A DNA stretch of 64,000 nt from IMG/VR virus record IMGVR_UViG_3300020049_005532, positions 22,466 through 86,465 of that record; one strand, given 5' to 3'. The notes beneath the pieces were generated by a model that searched no databases, was not told the origin of the DNA, and saw only the letters and a list, made by a program, of their open reading frames with translations. Of the stretch, positions 63,254 through 64,000 are shown piece after piece. Positions within the stretch are counted from its first letter, which is position 1. Each line of letters opens with the position of its first letter. The DNA comes from a virus (Duplodnaviria; Heunggongvirae; Uroviricota; Caudoviricetes). Position numbers and translations under genes: made by a program.

Positions 63254-63378
63254 TTTATTTCGCTCCTAAAATTAAGTGTTTTATTTCGTTTATTGTACCA
63301 CGTCTTGCGACGAAAAACCATGTCTTGTTTTCAAACGCCCAAAGTTCAAAGTGTCCAGCGCGTTTCTTCACTTGGTAC

Positions 63379-63543
63379 ATCATACAAGATCCACAAGTAA
63401 AAGAGTCAAGACAAGCCCAACAAACCCAACAACAAAAGCCCCAACACTTGCAACAAGCGGCGCAACAAGCATCATACCGATTGATGTTCCTGAAAAGATA
63501 CCGACAAAAGCTGGAACTAAAAACTGTTTACTAAAATTGTTCA
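63379..63543 (-). CDS. Small hydrophobic membrane peptide (54 aa, MNNFSKQFLVPAFVGIFSGTSIGMMLVAPLVASVGAFVVGFVGLVLTLLLVDLV).
   Basis: Hand translation. Two TM-like segments. RBS GAGG. Confidence 0.4.
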
Positions 63544-63557
63544 TAAGACCTCACAAG

Positions 63558-63695
63558 TTAAATTTTTGAAAGAATAAGACACAAAAGCGCAAAAGGCAAA
63601 GCAAAAATAGACAGCTGAAACAATAAGACCAAAAGGGCAAACATAAGATCGGGAAACACAAAGAACAATAAAACAAGCAAGATAAGCCAAATCAT
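63558..63695 (-). CDS. Small hydrophobic membrane peptide (45 aa, MIWLILLVLLFFVFPDLMFALLVLLFQLSIFALPFALLCLILSKI).
   Basis: Hand translation. ATG lies 2 nt after the LuxR-type gene stop. Confidence 0.4.
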   Translation of the reverse strand: MIWLILLVLLFFVFPDLMFALLVLLFQLSIFALPFALLCLILSKI

Positions 63696-63696
63696 A

Positions 63697-63930
63697 TCAA
63701 ACCGCCTCATATTGAGATAAGAACTTAACGATAAATTGGGCCCGAGACTTCACGCCGGTCTTATTATATAAGCGCTCCACACTACGTTTAACGAGTGTTT
63801 CCGACAAAAACTCATAACCAGCTATTTCAGAATTCGAATCGCCCCGCAAGATCTTAATAGCTATTCTGGTCTCCAAGTTTGAAGTTCTATAAGTTTGAAT
63901 AAGATTTAGGGCAAAGTCAAAGTGTTCCAT
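63697..63930 (-). CDS. LuxR/GerE-type HTH transcription regulator (77 aa).
   Basis: LETRIAIKILRGDSNSEIAGYEFLSETLVKRSVERLYNKTGVKSRAQ matches the LuxR_C pattern L..RE.EVL.L.A.G.SNKEIA..L.IS..TVK.H..NI..KL.V..R. Confidence 0.55.
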   Translation of the reverse strand: MEHFDFALNLIQTYRTSNLETRIAIKILRGDSNSEIAGYEFLSETLVKRSVERLYNKTGVKSRAQFIVKFLSQYEAV

Positions 63931-64000
63931 CTTCGTTTCCTCTCGTGTGTTTCAACGAACACACTTACCACTATAGCAGGATTGAGGCCAAAAGCAAGGA

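Noticed and set aside
1-64000. CRISPR arrays, tRNA/rRNA genes, integrase or transposase genes.
   Set aside because: No repeat-spacer periodicity is present. No tRNA-like cloverleaf motifs were recognised by eye. No tyrosine/serine recombinase or DDE motifs were seen. The window looks like a virulent phage with HNH homing endonucleases as the only mobile elements.

Overview
This 64 kb window reads as a contiguous piece of a large, virulent, tailed phage genome whose host is a Gram-negative (diderm) bacterium. The host inference rests on the many signal-peptide and lipobox proteins, OMP-like C-termini ending in Phe, and a lytic transglycosylase. I found no rRNA, tRNA or CRISPR array.

The window has two convergent modules. 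On the + strand, positions 1 to 20751 hold a late/structural module: tail-fibre proteins (one carrying tandem C1q/TNF-like C-terminal domains), an endonuclease VII-like HNH resolvase, a tandem pair of paralogous virion proteins, a 1453-aa tail protein, and four low-complexity Q/N/A/G-rich proteins that look like internal or ejection proteins. On the - strand, positions 20675 to 64000 hold a large early/middle module.

The - strand module encodes replication proteins: a family-B DNA polymerase, an AEP-primase/SF4-helicase fusion, and an ATP-dependent DNA ligase. It encodes a recombination pair: an ERF annealase and a Cas4-like PD-(D/E)XK nuclease. Nucleotide metabolism is represented by ThyA, dUTPase and an RNR with the NxCxE thiyl-radical loop. 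There is a dispersed RNA-repair toolkit: an Rnl2-like RNA ligase fused to a tRNA-binding OB domain, a PNK-like kinase, and calcineurin-like phosphoesterases. A CobS/MoxR AAA ATPase sits next to a CobT-like VWA/HExxH partner. Two ClpP-like proteases are present, and at least four more HNH endonucleases, one with an AP2 domain.

An unusual set of envelope-directed proteins is also encoded: a secreted trypsin-like protease, two secreted proteins with related OMP-like C-termini, an SPFH/prohibitin lipoprotein, a coiled-coil lipoprotein, a metzincin-like lipoprotein, and an SLT lytic transglycosylase. A LuxR-type HTH gene is followed by two tiny hydrophobic peptides.

The most striking feature is a large family of ~45-60 aa paralogous ORFs, absent from the >=60-aa ORF track. 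They form translationally coupled tandem arrays, chiefly at 50767-53396, with further copies at 54184-54527 and 55632-55778, and related tandem sets at 41498-42011, 33482-33750 and 27840-28290. The main array is interrupted by a ~490 nt ORF-free gap. That gap carries a near-consensus sigma70 promoter (TTGACA-N16-TATACT) pointing against the direction of every neighbouring gene.

Several repeated promoter-like elements are visible. TTGACA-N16/17-TATACT sites precede - strand genes. A 34-bp direct repeat with a sigma54-like TGGCAC-N5-TGCA core occurs twice. A TTATAGGGTAGGAA motif occurs twice in the late module. Three rho-independent terminators are visible. All functional calls come from motif recognition in the translated ORFs; no database search was run.
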